NCBI GenBank assembly: GCA_014240285.1
Contig: JAAZXI010000004.1
Span: forward strand, 1,476 to 65,475
Source: Methanobacteriota archaeon
GTDB taxonomy: Archaea; Thermoplasmatota; Poseidoniia; Poseidoniales; Thalassarchaeaceae
Direction: 5' to 3'
Length of the DNA: 64,000 nt
The notes under the pieces are model-generated. The model was not told where the DNA came from. It saw only the letters and a program-made list of their open reading frames with translations, and made no database searches. The position numbers were made by a program, and so were the translations under genes. Shown in pieces: positions 1 through 9,712 of this stretch; the first letter of the stretch is position 1, and every line of letters begins with the position of its first letter.

Positions 1-170
1 ACGCTCAGTACCTCGACACCCTCGATTCTCGGCGCTGTACCGCCTCCCGACCGGGTGATGACGGTGATTCGGTGACCCCTAGCGGCCAGAGCTGCAGACA
101 GGTGGTACACCGTCGAGCCCATTCCACCCCATCGGGGAGGATATTCGGCGGAAAGCATCGCTATGTGCAT
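1..170 (-). CDS. GT4 (GT-B) glycosyltransferase, N-terminal part (runs off window start)
   Basis: Not in the ORF track. Manual translation from ATG at 170 gives MHIAMLSAEYPPRWGGMGSTVYHLSAALAARGHRITVITR, a typical GT4 N-terminus (EYPP..GG, G-H-x-V-x-V). Confidence 0.85.
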   Translation of the reverse strand, partial: MHIAMLSAEYPPRWGGMGSTVYHLSAALAARGHRITVITRSGGGTAPRIEGVEVLS

Positions 171-275
171 GGTTTCACCGTATTCGCGGCTCAGCGCCCG
201 CATTTCAAGAGCACGACCTCTGGGCAGCGCTTCGCATTGTTCAAAACGAAGCCTTTGGTCGCCGCCTTCGATAGC

Positions 276-1007
276 ATGGCCGACTCCCTACCAGTTCACG
301 TCACCGTCGTCATACCAACACGTAACGAGGAAGCGGCTATTGTGGACACTATTCGCTCCATCCCGAATGACGGCTGGTGCGACAAACTGGACTTCCTAAT
401 TATCGACGGTAATTCTACCGACCGAACTCGAGAGCTCGCTGAGGCTGAGGGTGCTACTGTGTATCTCGAACCTCGCAAAGGATACGGTAGGGCGTACAAG
501 ACAGGCTTCGCAACGGCACCCGGCGAGGTCATCGTGACCATGGACGCAGACTGCACCTATCCCGGCGAGGAGGTTCCAGGATTGGTGCGTAAACTGCTCG
601 ATGAGAATCTGCAGTGGATTACCTGCGACCGTCTGCGACGCGCAGAGGAGGGTGCAATGCCCGGAGTACACGGCTTCGGCAACTGGGTCCTTTCGACCAC
701 CGCCAAGGTACTCTACTGGTACGGCATCCATGATTCCCAGAGCGGTATGTGGGTATTCCGCAAGTCGATATTTGAGGACGAGCGGGTGCGCCCCAAGCAC
801 GACGGTATGCCTCTCTCGCAGGAGTTCAAGATTAGGGCACGTCGATATCTGGGCAAGAAGAAGACTACAGAGGTAAGTGTGCCCTACCGCCCAAGAGTTG
901 GCGAGGCTGAGATTAACACATGGGGCGACGGTTTGCTCAACCTACGATTCCTCTTCACCCACAGGCTAGGACTAACTCGCCAAGTCACTCCCTGGGGCCC
1001 AGAGTAA
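276..1007 (+). CDS. GT2 glycosyltransferase (dolichol-phosphate mannosyltransferase-like)
   Basis: Motifs VVIPTRNEE, IIDGNSTDRT, GYGRA, TMDAD (DxD) and DSQSG. Likely start is ATG 276, since the longer ORF overlaps the divergent GT4. Confidence 0.9.
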   Translation: MADSLPVHVTVVIPTRNEEAAIVDTIRSIPNDGWCDKLDFLIIDGNSTDRTRELAEAEGATVYLEPRKGYGRAYKTGFATAPGEVIVTMDADCTYPGEEVPGLVRKLLDENLQWITCDRLRRAEEGAMPGVHGFGNWVLSTTAKVLYWYGIHDSQSGMWVFRKSIFEDERVRPKHDGMPLSQEFKIRARRYLGKKKTTEVSVPYRPRVGEAEINTWGDGLLNLRFLFTHRLGLTRQVTPWGPE

Positions 1008-1031
1008 CGAATCATAGGGCACCTAGTGACA

Positions 1032-1799
1032 TCAGGGAATCAAACGCCCTTCCATTCCGCCCGCGACCTCGATGACCTGGCCCGTTATGTGTCCTGATAT
1101 CTCATCTGAAGCTAGCATGACCACCGCGCTAGCCACATCCTCAGAGGTTGCGAGTTTCTTGAGTGCCATTGTCGCAGTTGCGCGTTCTATTAGCTCCTCG
1201 TCAACCCCCTGTTCGACCTTCTTCGGTGTGACAGTCCACCCCGGGGCGACCGCATTAACACGTACACCGCCAATATGCGAAACATCGTTCTTCAGTGATA
1301 TCAGCAGACCAGATGTAATGGCTCCCTTCGCCGCAGCGTAGTCAGCATGTCCTGATTCACCATAGATACCTGCAGTCGAGCCAATCAGAACGATTGATCC
1401 TCGTCCTGCCTCTGCGGCATGGCCAAGGAAAGCGCGAGCAGTGTTCACTGTCACCCCTAGATTGGAGTCCATGGTAGAGGTCCAACGCTCACCGTCAATC
1501 TCCCAAAGAGGCTTGGACGGCGTGGGATAGTGGCCGGCGTTGGCGATGCAAATATCGAGTCCTCCAAAGTCAGAGACGATGCTTTGAACCATCAACAATG
1601 CTTCCTTGTCATCGCGCAGATCCGCACGAATGGCTATCCCATCGATTTCTTCGGCTAGCGATGCGGCCGCAGCAGCCGAGGAATGGTGATGCACGACTAC
1701 ACGTGCGCCCTCGGCGGCGAACGCCCTACAGATGGCATGACCTATGCCGCCAGCACCGCCGGTGACGAGCACAACCTTGCCATGCAGCCCGGTTTCCAT
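1032..1799 (-). CDS. short-chain dehydrogenase/reductase (SDR)
   Basis: TGGAGGIG Rossmann motif, NAG, catalytic YAAAK, VNAVAPG. Confidence 0.93.
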   Translation of the reverse strand: METGLHGKVVLVTGGAGGIGHAICRAFAAEGARVVVHHHSSAAAAASLAEEIDGIAIRADLRDDKEALLMVQSIVSDFGGLDICIANAGHYPTPSKPLWEIDGERWTSTMDSNLGVTVNTARAFLGHAAEAGRGSIVLIGSTAGIYGESGHADYAAAKGAITSGLLISLKNDVSHIGGVRVNAVAPGWTVTPKKVEQGVDEELIERATATMALKKLATSEDVASAVVMLASDEISGHITGQVIEVAGGMEGRLIP

Positions 1800-1878
1800 G
1801 CATGACGGGAGATGTTCCGATACTTATGTCCTCAGACTACCCAGTGACTCTACAGTATCCTGCATTCTGCCTAATGTG

Positions 1879-2238
1879 TCAAATCCAGACATCATTGGAG
1901 GCTGTTAAATCGCCTTCTGTGTTGCCGGTATTGACGACGTCACGAGGCTCAACGAGCAAGACCTTGCACTCTCTCTCAGCGCTGGGTTTGTGCTCGACCC
2001 CTTTCGGGACCACATACATGTCACCCTCGCCCAACTCTACGGTCTCATTCTCAAATTCTATTTTCATCTCGCCCTCAATCACGATGAAAACCTCGTCGGT
2101 ATCTGTATGATTATGCCAAACAAAATCGCCCTGAATTTTTACTAATTTGAATTGGTAATCGTTCATCTCTGCGATTACCTTTGGCGACCAGTGTTCTGAA
2201 AACATAGAAAGTTTGTCTTTGAGATTTATTTTTCCCAT
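1879..2238 (-). CDS. cupin domain protein
   Basis: Motifs WHNHTDTDEVF and VVPKGVEHKP. Start MGKINL is preceded by a GGAGG-type SD. The gene is more AT-rich than its neighbours. Confidence 0.9.
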   Translation of the reverse strand: MGKINLKDKLSMFSEHWSPKVIAEMNDYQFKLVKIQGDFVWHNHTDTDEVFIVIEGEMKIEFENETVELGEGDMYVVPKGVEHKPSAERECKVLLVEPRDVVNTGNTEGDLTASNDVWI

Positions 2239-2264
2239 TTCCCCTCCTCCTTGTTGTAACCGAC

Positions 2265-5200
2265 TCAATCATCAAACTCTTCATCCAACTCTCGCGGGTC
2301 GAAGCCGGACCACGACTCAATCATCTCGAGGTCCTCCGAGATCTGCCTCCTGCGGGTGCTCGCGTAGGCTATCCCCGCCATTGTTACGAGGGTCAAAGCC
2401 GCTATCAGGAACGGCAGGCCCGTTCCCATCAGCCAGTCGAACATGCCCGTGTCCTCAGGAGCCTCGATGGTAATGACTTCGACAAGACTTGGACTCACCA
2501 TGTCACCGTCGAGAGCCAATACCTCCACTCTCGCACTACTCCCCGTCAGTGTCCAGACCGACATGTAGGTCCAGATGCCGTCGCCGGCAAACTGGTCGCC
2601 CTCTGTGCCATCGTCTCGGAACTCAAGAACTTGCGAAATCCCACCCACATGCAACTCACCGCGTACAGAAGAAGTGGTGCCGTCTGGGTCCACGAGTCGT
2701 ACTGTGATGAAGACCTTTGTCGGCTCCTCTAAGTCAATACTGCTAGGCGAGACCTCAAGTTCGTACAACTGCGGCGAACTCGAGCCAATTGTGAGGTTAA
2801 TCGAGGCCGAGGATGAGTCACCCCTAGAGTCCTTGACCAGCAGGTCAATGCGCACAGATCCGGGGGGGAAGTTCGCAGTGTGGACTATCTTGTCGCTCAG
2901 TAGAGTTCCGTCGCTCAGGACCCATTGGTAGAGCACTATGTCGTCATCGTAGTCGTAGGAGGTTGAAGCATTGAGCACTACTGACTCGCCCGGTGGGATG
3001 TACTGGCCCTCCGAGAGGCCAGAAATCTCCGCCACAGGACCAGTTTCGAGCACCGTGAGTGCCTGCGAGTGGGTGCGTTGCATCCCGTTAGAGTCTATCA
3101 GCTCGAAGCGCAGAGTGTGCTCCCCGGCCGGCAGGTAGTCGTTGTACCAGTAGTCCGTCGTCTTGTCCTCGAGTATCGGTTCGAACATCAGGTCGGAGTA
3201 TACACTGACGGTGAAGTCGTCGCCGTCGGGATCGAACGAGCGTCGGAAGTCGAACAGCACTGGGAGGTTGGAGTGGACCTCGATGTCGGGCATCGGCGAG
3301 TCAAGGACGAGGACCGGAGCTGCCTCGTTGACCCTGACCATGATTTCCGCCACATCCGAGACTCCTGAGCCGTCCTCGACGGTCAGGGTGACCTGATGCA
3401 CTCCCTCGGGTAGTCTGGCCTCGAGAATCCATCCACTCCCCATTGGCTCACTCAGCAAATCGCTCTCCCACAGCACGCTGACCAAATCGGTGCTGAAATC
3501 TGCAAAGGGATTGCAGATCAGTCCACTGCCGTTGTCCGGTAGGTCGGAGCAGGCAGCGTCCCAGTCGCCTGAGCCAGTTGCATCGAAGACCAACAGCTCG
3601 CCAGAGTCGGTCAGTATACCATCGGACGGGCTGGCGATTAGCGCCACGGGCGGAGAATTGGAGACGCTGATTTCGGCGGTAGCTGAATTCCACGTACCGG
3701 CGTGATTAGGACGGTCGTCGCTCGCATACATCGTGAGGAGGTGGTCTCCTTTCGACAGGGTTCCGGCCCACTCAACCGACGACTCGGGCGTCACTCCCGA
3801 GGCGAGAAGGCCGTCGCGGTCACTCCAGAACTCGAACTTGACGCCGTCGCCCTCTGGGTCAAAGGTATTGGTTCCGTCGAGGCGCACGGTTGCTGACGAT
3901 GTCATTCCCGTGCGCGTGACCTCCCACTGTGCCACTGGTATCTCGTTGTAGAGTTCGACGTTGAAGGTCCACGAGACAGGGACGTTGACGCTGTCTGAGG
4001 CATATACGGTCACTGAGAACTGATTGGGTGCGCCAGGAAAGGTGTGGATGATTGAGTCAGGGCACCCGGGAGCTGGGGTCGGTGGTTGACCAGTGCCCTG
4101 CTCGTAGGAGGTTTCCACCCAGCAGTTCAGCTCGTAGCCCTCTGGGTCGTAGGTGCTGCCGAGGTGGATGGTGACATTGGAGGTGATGCCGAGGTATAGC
4201 GTGCCCCATGCAGAGATTTGTGGTGTCGTTCCGACCGAGAGCACAGGGGGCAGGTTGACCAGTTCAATCTCACGGATCTCCTGCACGCAATGGTTCTGGC
4301 TGTCGCAGACCTCGAGGGTAATCTGATGGACTCCGTCAGAGAGGCAGGCGGCGGCGAGATTGGCAGTGAACGACGAGCCGTTGCCACCCGGGGGCGGTCC
4401 GCACGCGCTCAGCAGTTCTCCATCGATGCTGCTGGTCCAGCTGTAACTCAGTTCGTCGAAGTCTAGGTCCCAAGATTGGTTGGCGTCGAAGACCACCTGA
4501 CCACCGCTGGCGTAGACCGCCTCGTCCTCAGGCGAGTTCCAGATGATGAAGGGTGGCTGGTTGGACAACTCAAGGCGGCAGAACACCGAAATGTCTGCGT
4601 CGATATCAGCTGCTGCGGTGTCGTTGTGGACCCCGTTGTAGTCGCAGCCGGTGTGAACCATGTTGACATCTGACCAGCCCTGCATAGGTGTCCAGCGCTC
4701 GCCGATGAAGGGGCCGTACCAGTCTCGGCCAGAGTACGGCAGGATTCCTGTGTGCTCAGACTCGTACAGGTCGAAAGTGAGGTTGAACTCGGCTTGCGGG
4801 ATGTGGAGCAGGTGCTGGTTGACGGCGTGGATCTCGACTAGCCACATCACATCGAGGATGTTGTCCTGTCCAGTGTAGTTAGGTGTGTCAAGGTCGCCTG
4901 AAGATATCCAACGCAGGTGACTGTCCCCGAGCATCTCGAAACTGTCGGCGAATCCGCTGGTGAACCACGAGCCGGTGAAGTTGACGAAACTGGAGGAGAC
5001 GCTCGCGAGAGCGGTGGGGTCGCAGGCCATAGCGACGTTGTGGACGAGCAGCTCGCTGTGGTCGATAATGTCGAAGCAGGAGGCTGTATTGCCGCGAATG
5101 ACGCTATTCTCGAGGTGCGAGGTCTCCTGACCACTGGCGTCCCACAGCAAGCCCCCGTTGTCACCGTTCATGTCGAGGTCCCGGACGAGTCCATCGACCT

Positions 5201-6905
5201 CGTACAGTTCGACTGAGTGACCGGTCGAATTGAGGTTAATCTTGATGTCATCCAAGATGACCGTACCGTCGTGGCCCATCCCGCTGTTGTCGATGTCCAA
5301 TGCTGGGGCATTGACGGAGTCCCTGATGTCAACTGAGAGCAGCTGCAGGTCGATGCTGTCGCGCACCACGAATCCGTGCTGGTCCTCGATCGACGTGCAC
5401 TCGAAACAGGTCGAGTTCTTACCGCCGCTCATGACGTCGTTCGACTCCTCGAAGTAGAAGCCAGCACCGAGTTGCGGTAGTGCCGCACCGAGTCCGTTCT
5501 GATAGGTGGTCACGTATGCTAGCTCGACGTTGCTGGAGTCCTTGACAGAGATCCCGTGTCCGCCGTTGCCAGTGCTGATTACCCCAGATATGTCGGGGTG
5601 GAACTCGCGGATATCCACCCCGGTAGCGCCGTTGTCAGCTACCACCCAATCAGCGCCCTGGGCGCCACCCTTCCACAGCAGCACGCCCGGCCCCGTCGAG
5701 TTGCGAACCACTAGGTCGTTGATGGTAGGAGCCCAGTTGGCGCTGCGCATGAACATACCAGCCCTATCACTGAGAGGAGCAGTGGCACTTGGTCTGCCAT
5801 TTCTCAGCAGGTCGATCTCATTGAGTATGGTCGAGGAACCAATCATGTAGGCCTTGAAACCGACAGCGGCGTTGTCCTCAATCAGCGCGTCGGTGATCTG
5901 CACGCCGCTGGTGTTGACCTCGAACGCGGCGTAGGCGAGTCCGGGCGTCTTGGCTCCTGGTCCTCCGGTTCCCCTCAGTTCGAGGTCGTTGAATACCGCG
6001 TTGTGAGGCACGTTGGAGTACTGGCTGTGGTTGTACTGCTCGACCATGATGCCATAGTACTGGCTATCCTCAACAATCATTCCCACGAAGGTCGGTCGTG
6101 TGGTCCATCCGGAGGTAATGTGGCGCACGAAGATACCATTGTCACAGCGGCTCACACTGGAGTCCGATATCAGCGGTATCGAGTCCTCTACCCATATCCC
6201 AGCGGCGATAGCCAAGGTAGAGCCGCTGACGTTGGTTATCTCTAGGTTCGAAAACAGGCCGCCCGAGCCACCCCAGTGGTTCAACCCGCGGGTGATTAGG
6301 CCGTTGGCGGTCACGCCGTCGACGATGGGGGCGGAGTACGCCCCGATGGAGAGTCCGATACCATAGCGCCATGAGGTGGAGAAGCCGTGGATGTCCTGAC
6401 CGCCGCCGTCTATGACGAGATTGTTGATTCGTGGCGATGCACCGTCGAACAGGTCGATGGCGACCCTGTCGGCGTTGATGACCGTGAGATCATTCAGAGT
6501 CGGGTCGCTATCATAGATGGTGACGCCGTACTCCGCATCGATGATGGTGAGGTTTTCGATCTTGGAGCCCAGCCCGCTGCTACTCAAATTGAACACGATG
6601 CCATCGTGATTGCCCAAAATGGACTCAAGCAGTACCGGCGCTGTGGTCGTGCCCTGCACGGTAATCCTTCCAGCCACGAGTATATTCTCATCGTCGCCGA
6701 GCTGAATGGTGGTTCCAGATTGTACTACGAGTATATCCCCGCTCTCAACTGTGTAGCCGTCCTGCAACACCACAGTTCCCGACCACACGGTGGTCGAGCG
6801 GGGTGCAGCACCAAGCGTAGCCGGAACCAGTGGGGCAGCCGAAAGCAGCAACAGGAGTATCAGTGCAACTGCACGCCTGCGGGCTGCCGAAACAGGTGCT
6901 TGCAT
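2265..6905 (-). CDS. large membrane-anchored surface protein: right-handed beta-helix region plus PKD/Ig-like repeats
   Basis: Signal peptide (RRR plus hydrophobic run), parallel beta-helix-like repeats, several 'FDA..S.D.D.D.L.Y.W.S..DG' PKD-like units, C-terminal TM helix and acidic tail. Confidence 0.8.
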   Translation of the reverse strand: MQAPVSAARRRAVALILLLLLSAAPLVPATLGAAPRSTTVWSGTVVLQDGYTVESGDILVVQSGTTIQLGDDENILVAGRITVQGTTTAPVLLESILGNHDGIVFNLSSSGLGSKIENLTIIDAEYGVTIYDSDPTLNDLTVINADRVAIDLFDGASPRINNLVIDGGGQDIHGFSTSWRYGIGLSIGAYSAPIVDGVTANGLITRGLNHWGGSGGLFSNLEITNVSGSTLAIAAGIWVEDSIPLISDSSVSRCDNGIFVRHITSGWTTRPTFVGMIVEDSQYYGIMVEQYNHSQYSNVPHNAVFNDLELRGTGGPGAKTPGLAYAAFEVNTSGVQITDALIEDNAAVGFKAYMIGSSTILNEIDLLRNGRPSATAPLSDRAGMFMRSANWAPTINDLVVRNSTGPGVLLWKGGAQGADWVVADNGATGVDIREFHPDISGVISTGNGGHGISVKDSSNVELAYVTTYQNGLGAALPQLGAGFYFEESNDVMSGGKNSTCFECTSIEDQHGFVVRDSIDLQLLSVDIRDSVNAPALDIDNSGMGHDGTVILDDIKINLNSTGHSVELYEVDGLVRDLDMNGDNGGLLWDASGQETSHLENSVIRGNTASCFDIIDHSELLVHNVAMACDPTALASVSSSFVNFTGSWFTSGFADSFEMLGDSHLRWISSGDLDTPNYTGQDNILDVMWLVEIHAVNQHLLHIPQAEFNLTFDLYESEHTGILPYSGRDWYGPFIGERWTPMQGWSDVNMVHTGCDYNGVHNDTAAADIDADISVFCRLELSNQPPFIIWNSPEDEAVYASGGQVVFDANQSWDLDFDELSYSWTSSIDGELLSACGPPPGGNGSSFTANLAAACLSDGVHQITLEVCDSQNHCVQEIREIELVNLPPVLSVGTTPQISAWGTLYLGITSNVTIHLGSTYDPEGYELNCWVETSYEQGTGQPPTPAPGCPDSIIHTFPGAPNQFSVTVYASDSVNVPVSWTFNVELYNEIPVAQWEVTRTGMTSSATVRLDGTNTFDPEGDGVKFEFWSDRDGLLASGVTPESSVEWAGTLSKGDHLLTMYASDDRPNHAGTWNSATAEISVSNSPPVALIASPSDGILTDSGELLVFDATGSGDWDAACSDLPDNGSGLICNPFADFSTDLVSVLWESDLLSEPMGSGWILEARLPEGVHQVTLTVEDGSGVSDVAEIMVRVNEAAPVLVLDSPMPDIEVHSNLPVLFDFRRSFDPDGDDFTVSVYSDLMFEPILEDKTTDYWYNDYLPAGEHTLRFELIDSNGMQRTHSQALTVLETGPVAEISGLSEGQYIPPGESVVLNASTSYDYDDDIVLYQWVLSDGTLLSDKIVHTANFPPGSVRIDLLVKDSRGDSSSASINLTIGSSSPQLYELEVSPSSIDLEEPTKVFITVRLVDPDGTTSSVRGELHVGGISQVLEFRDDGTEGDQFAGDGIWTYMSVWTLTGSSARVEVLALDGDMVSPSLVEVITIEAPEDTGMFDWLMGTGLPFLIAALTLVTMAGIAYASTRRRQISEDLEMIESWSGFDPRELDEEFDD

Positions 6906-7021
6906 GGCTAGCCCGCTCGCTGTCCGCCTGTTATCCCTTGCGCACACGTGAGTGATGCTGAATTCACGTATAGCAGAGGTCATAAACAGCAACCGAGCGC
7001 GATGCCCGTCGAGGACTGAGA

Positions 7022-7255
7022 ATGAGTACTGCCTTCGTTCTAATCAAGGTCGAGCCGGGACTCGAGAGAGATGTGTATTTGGCACTTTTAGGAATAGATA
7101 GCGTCACAGAGACACACGTCGCCTATGGGGAGTACGATCTTGTAACTCGCATAGACTTCGCCGACGAGAGTGAGATGGCCAAGACTCTGATTGGCAACAT
7201 GCGCTCTGTACCAGGGATCATCAAGACCGAGACGCTGATTGCGGTGGAGGTGTGA
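7022..7255 (+). CDS. stand-alone Lrp/AsnC ligand-binding (RAM) domain protein
   Basis: AFVLIKVEPG, GEYDLV, GIIKTETLI; no HTH. Confidence 0.88.
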   Translation: MSTAFVLIKVEPGLERDVYLALLGIDSVTETHVAYGEYDLVTRIDFADESEMAKTLIGNMRSVPGIIKTETLIAVEV

Positions 7256-7491
7256 GTGTGGCTGTCGGATTCGTTCTCATCACTACCGAGGTCGGCTGCG
7301 AGATTGATGTCAGAGAGGCCGTCGGAGCTGTCGAAGGAGTGACTGGGCAGTGGATTGTCTTCGGCCCTCACGACCTTTTCGTCAAGATTGAGGCCGATGA
7401 CGAGGCCGAACTGACTCGCTGTATTGTCCAGGGAGTCAGGTCGATTCCGGGGATCACCGAGACTCGCACCCTCATCGGTGCGGAGATCTAG
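7252..7491 (+). CDS. stand-alone Lrp/AsnC ligand-binding (RAM) domain protein, paralog of the upstream gene
   Basis: GFVLITTEVG, GPHDLFVKI, GITETRTLI; GTGA overlap with the upstream gene. Confidence 0.88.
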   Translation: MSVAVGFVLITTEVGCEIDVREAVGAVEGVTGQWIVFGPHDLFVKIEADDEAELTRCIVQGVRSIPGITETRTLIGAEI

Positions 7492-9656
7492 ATTGCTCTC
7501 GCCATTCTGCCGATGAGTTCTGTTGCTGCTGAACTACACTCAGCCATCCTGAACCTGCTGACAGCCTCGCTCCAGTGCGACAATCTGCGGTCGGGTTCAA
7601 GCACGCCGCGCCAGTACCAGCGCTGAGCACACAGTCGTCGGTGCATTGCGAGATCCTCACGCAACGGCGCGGTGGCAATCGAGGCGTGAGCCTCAACGAG
7701 CCAGTCCGGGTGACTGTCGGTAGCCTCGAGAGTTGCGTGGATGAGACGGATTCTCTCGCCGAGGCCCTCACACGACTCAATCAGCAATCGAGCTGCGCTG
7801 AGTGCATCTGCCGAGGCGCTACCGCCAGTCCGTGATGAGAGGCGCGCCCGCAGGTCAAGGGCTGCCATTTGAGGATGGTCGGGACCCATTGCAGATTCGA
7901 GAGCACTGTGCGCCTTCGCGGCTGCTGGAACATCATCGGTCTCGAGAGCTATGCCATGCCTGATGAGGTCGAGGGCAAGGCTGCCGGCGCTGCGCTCAGA
8001 TTCCGGTAGTGAGGGCACATCAACCGAGCCTAGGTCTCTAGTCAACTCACGCGCCAATCGGCGGTCGATACGACCGGGCAGTCGGTCGTCGTATCGGCGA
8101 ACCAGTGACGCTATGGTCGCCTTGGTACGCTCTGCGGGCGTCATCTCTTCCAACGCACCGGCCTCTATGTCTTCGGCAGACCTCGAGTCACCGCGGAGAC
8201 GAGCCAGCCGAGCGGAGCGGAGTTTTCTGGAGACACCTACTCTCAGGCCTCCGATGTGGGACTCAGCTATCTCAGCCTCACCGCGCTCCAGAGCGAGGTC
8301 GGCGGCTGCTTCCCTGATGGACTCGTCATCACTGAGGCTGACGGCCTGCTCGAGCAGGACGGCGGCCGCAGCGCTGTCCTGCTCGGCTATGGCATGAATG
8401 TGCTCGGAGACCCATTCTGCGTCGGCTCCCCCGGAGTGGACCAAGTGGTGGCCCTCCATCCTGCGTGCCCTGGCTCCCTGCTTGATGGCCCATCTACTAG
8501 CCGCCTGTGTGTGCAGTGCATTGGATTGCTCGTCTGTCCAGGAACCCCTACGAACGTTGCGAATCAGGTGATGAGGCTCGGCCATGATGCCACTCCACCT
8601 CAGTATGGCAGAATCCTCGAGTTCGTCAGAACCCTCTACCTCGAAGAGTTCGCTGATCCGCAGAGCCGAGGGCGAAATGCAGAACTCGTCGAGAGATTTC
8701 GTACCCTCGTCACTGAGTCTGTGCATCACAGTGGACTCGACGTACTCCTGGACCGCCTCACCGCGCTCAGGCACCTCCTCGCCGGGTGACCATAGGCGGA
8801 GAGCGAGGGGGTGGCCGCCAAGGGCCTCTGCGACGCTTCTAGCGGTAGCGCTGTCGGTTTCGCTAGGGAGCAGAGACCTGGCGTGTTCGAGAGCCAGCCC
8901 CTCGACCTTGAACTCGGAGAAACCCTCTGGAAGTCCGAAAGGACTGGGGGACCTAGACACCGCGAGCAACGAAGAGTTTCCCGGAGATGCTTCATCGAGC
9001 AGCTCCGCCACGCCTGCAGCGTGACGCGGATGCAGTTCTTGGGCCTCGTCGAGGACCAACAGAGTCCTCGGACTGTCTGAGGCCCCAATGATGGCTGAGG
9101 GCGAGGAGGGTGCACCCTCACCCAGCCACATCCTGCCTATACCCGCTGCATCGGTGTCGGAGTCGCATGATGCCCAACGCACGGTCCAGCCCATACTCAG
9201 AACCTGTTCTACAACGGCGCGGGCGAGACTGGATTTACCGACGCCCGGCAAGCCGCTCAGGAGTACGTTGGAGCCGGCGAGCAGTGAGTCCGATAGAGTG
9301 GTTGAGTCTTCGTCCCTGCCGTGCAGGGAAATCTGCTCAGGCAGGGGGCCGAAGCTGCGTCCTCTCCGGGCCAGAGAGGGCTCTTCGAGTTCTGAGATGG
9401 CCTCACGACCAGTATCTGTAATGTGAACGACTGTGCGACGACGCGAGCCGCCGCCGGTGACATGAGCTGAGCGAGTTGAGACGTAACCCTCGGCTTCGAG
9501 TGAAGAGAGTGGTGCGTGCAGGGCCGATCTGACTACTCCTAGAGACTCTGCGAGACCTGGCAGAGATAGCGCTCTGGGCACGTCCCATGCGGACTCCAAC
9601 TCACCTCCAAACTGTACGAGTCGAGATAGAATTCGCGACTGCGCCTCGGAGAGCAT
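7488..9656 (-). CDS. N-terminal winged-HTH plus STAND/NB-ARC-like P-loop ATPase with helical C-terminus
   Basis: wHTH (LAESLGVVRSALHAPLSSLEAEGYV), GR motif, Walker A GLPGVGKS, Walker B LLVLDEAQ, GxP motif GGHPLAL. Confidence 0.78.
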   Translation of the reverse strand: MLSEAQSRILSRLVQFGGELESAWDVPRALSLPGLAESLGVVRSALHAPLSSLEAEGYVSTRSAHVTGGGSRRRTVVHITDTGREAISELEEPSLARRGRSFGPLPEQISLHGRDEDSTTLSDSLLAGSNVLLSGLPGVGKSSLARAVVEQVLSMGWTVRWASCDSDTDAAGIGRMWLGEGAPSSPSAIIGASDSPRTLLVLDEAQELHPRHAAGVAELLDEASPGNSSLLAVSRSPSPFGLPEGFSEFKVEGLALEHARSLLPSETDSATARSVAEALGGHPLALRLWSPGEEVPERGEAVQEYVESTVMHRLSDEGTKSLDEFCISPSALRISELFEVEGSDELEDSAILRWSGIMAEPHHLIRNVRRGSWTDEQSNALHTQAASRWAIKQGARARRMEGHHLVHSGGADAEWVSEHIHAIAEQDSAAAAVLLEQAVSLSDDESIREAAADLALERGEAEIAESHIGGLRVGVSRKLRSARLARLRGDSRSAEDIEAGALEEMTPAERTKATIASLVRRYDDRLPGRIDRRLARELTRDLGSVDVPSLPESERSAGSLALDLIRHGIALETDDVPAAAKAHSALESAMGPDHPQMAALDLRARLSSRTGGSASADALSAARLLIESCEGLGERIRLIHATLEATDSHPDWLVEAHASIATAPLREDLAMHRRLCAQRWYWRGVLEPDRRLSHWSEAVSRFRMAECSSAATELIGRMARAI

Positions 9657-9712
9657 GGCGCCCGAGTGAAGGCACGGGTTCATGGGCATTCACCTACAGC
9701 GCATCAACCGAC

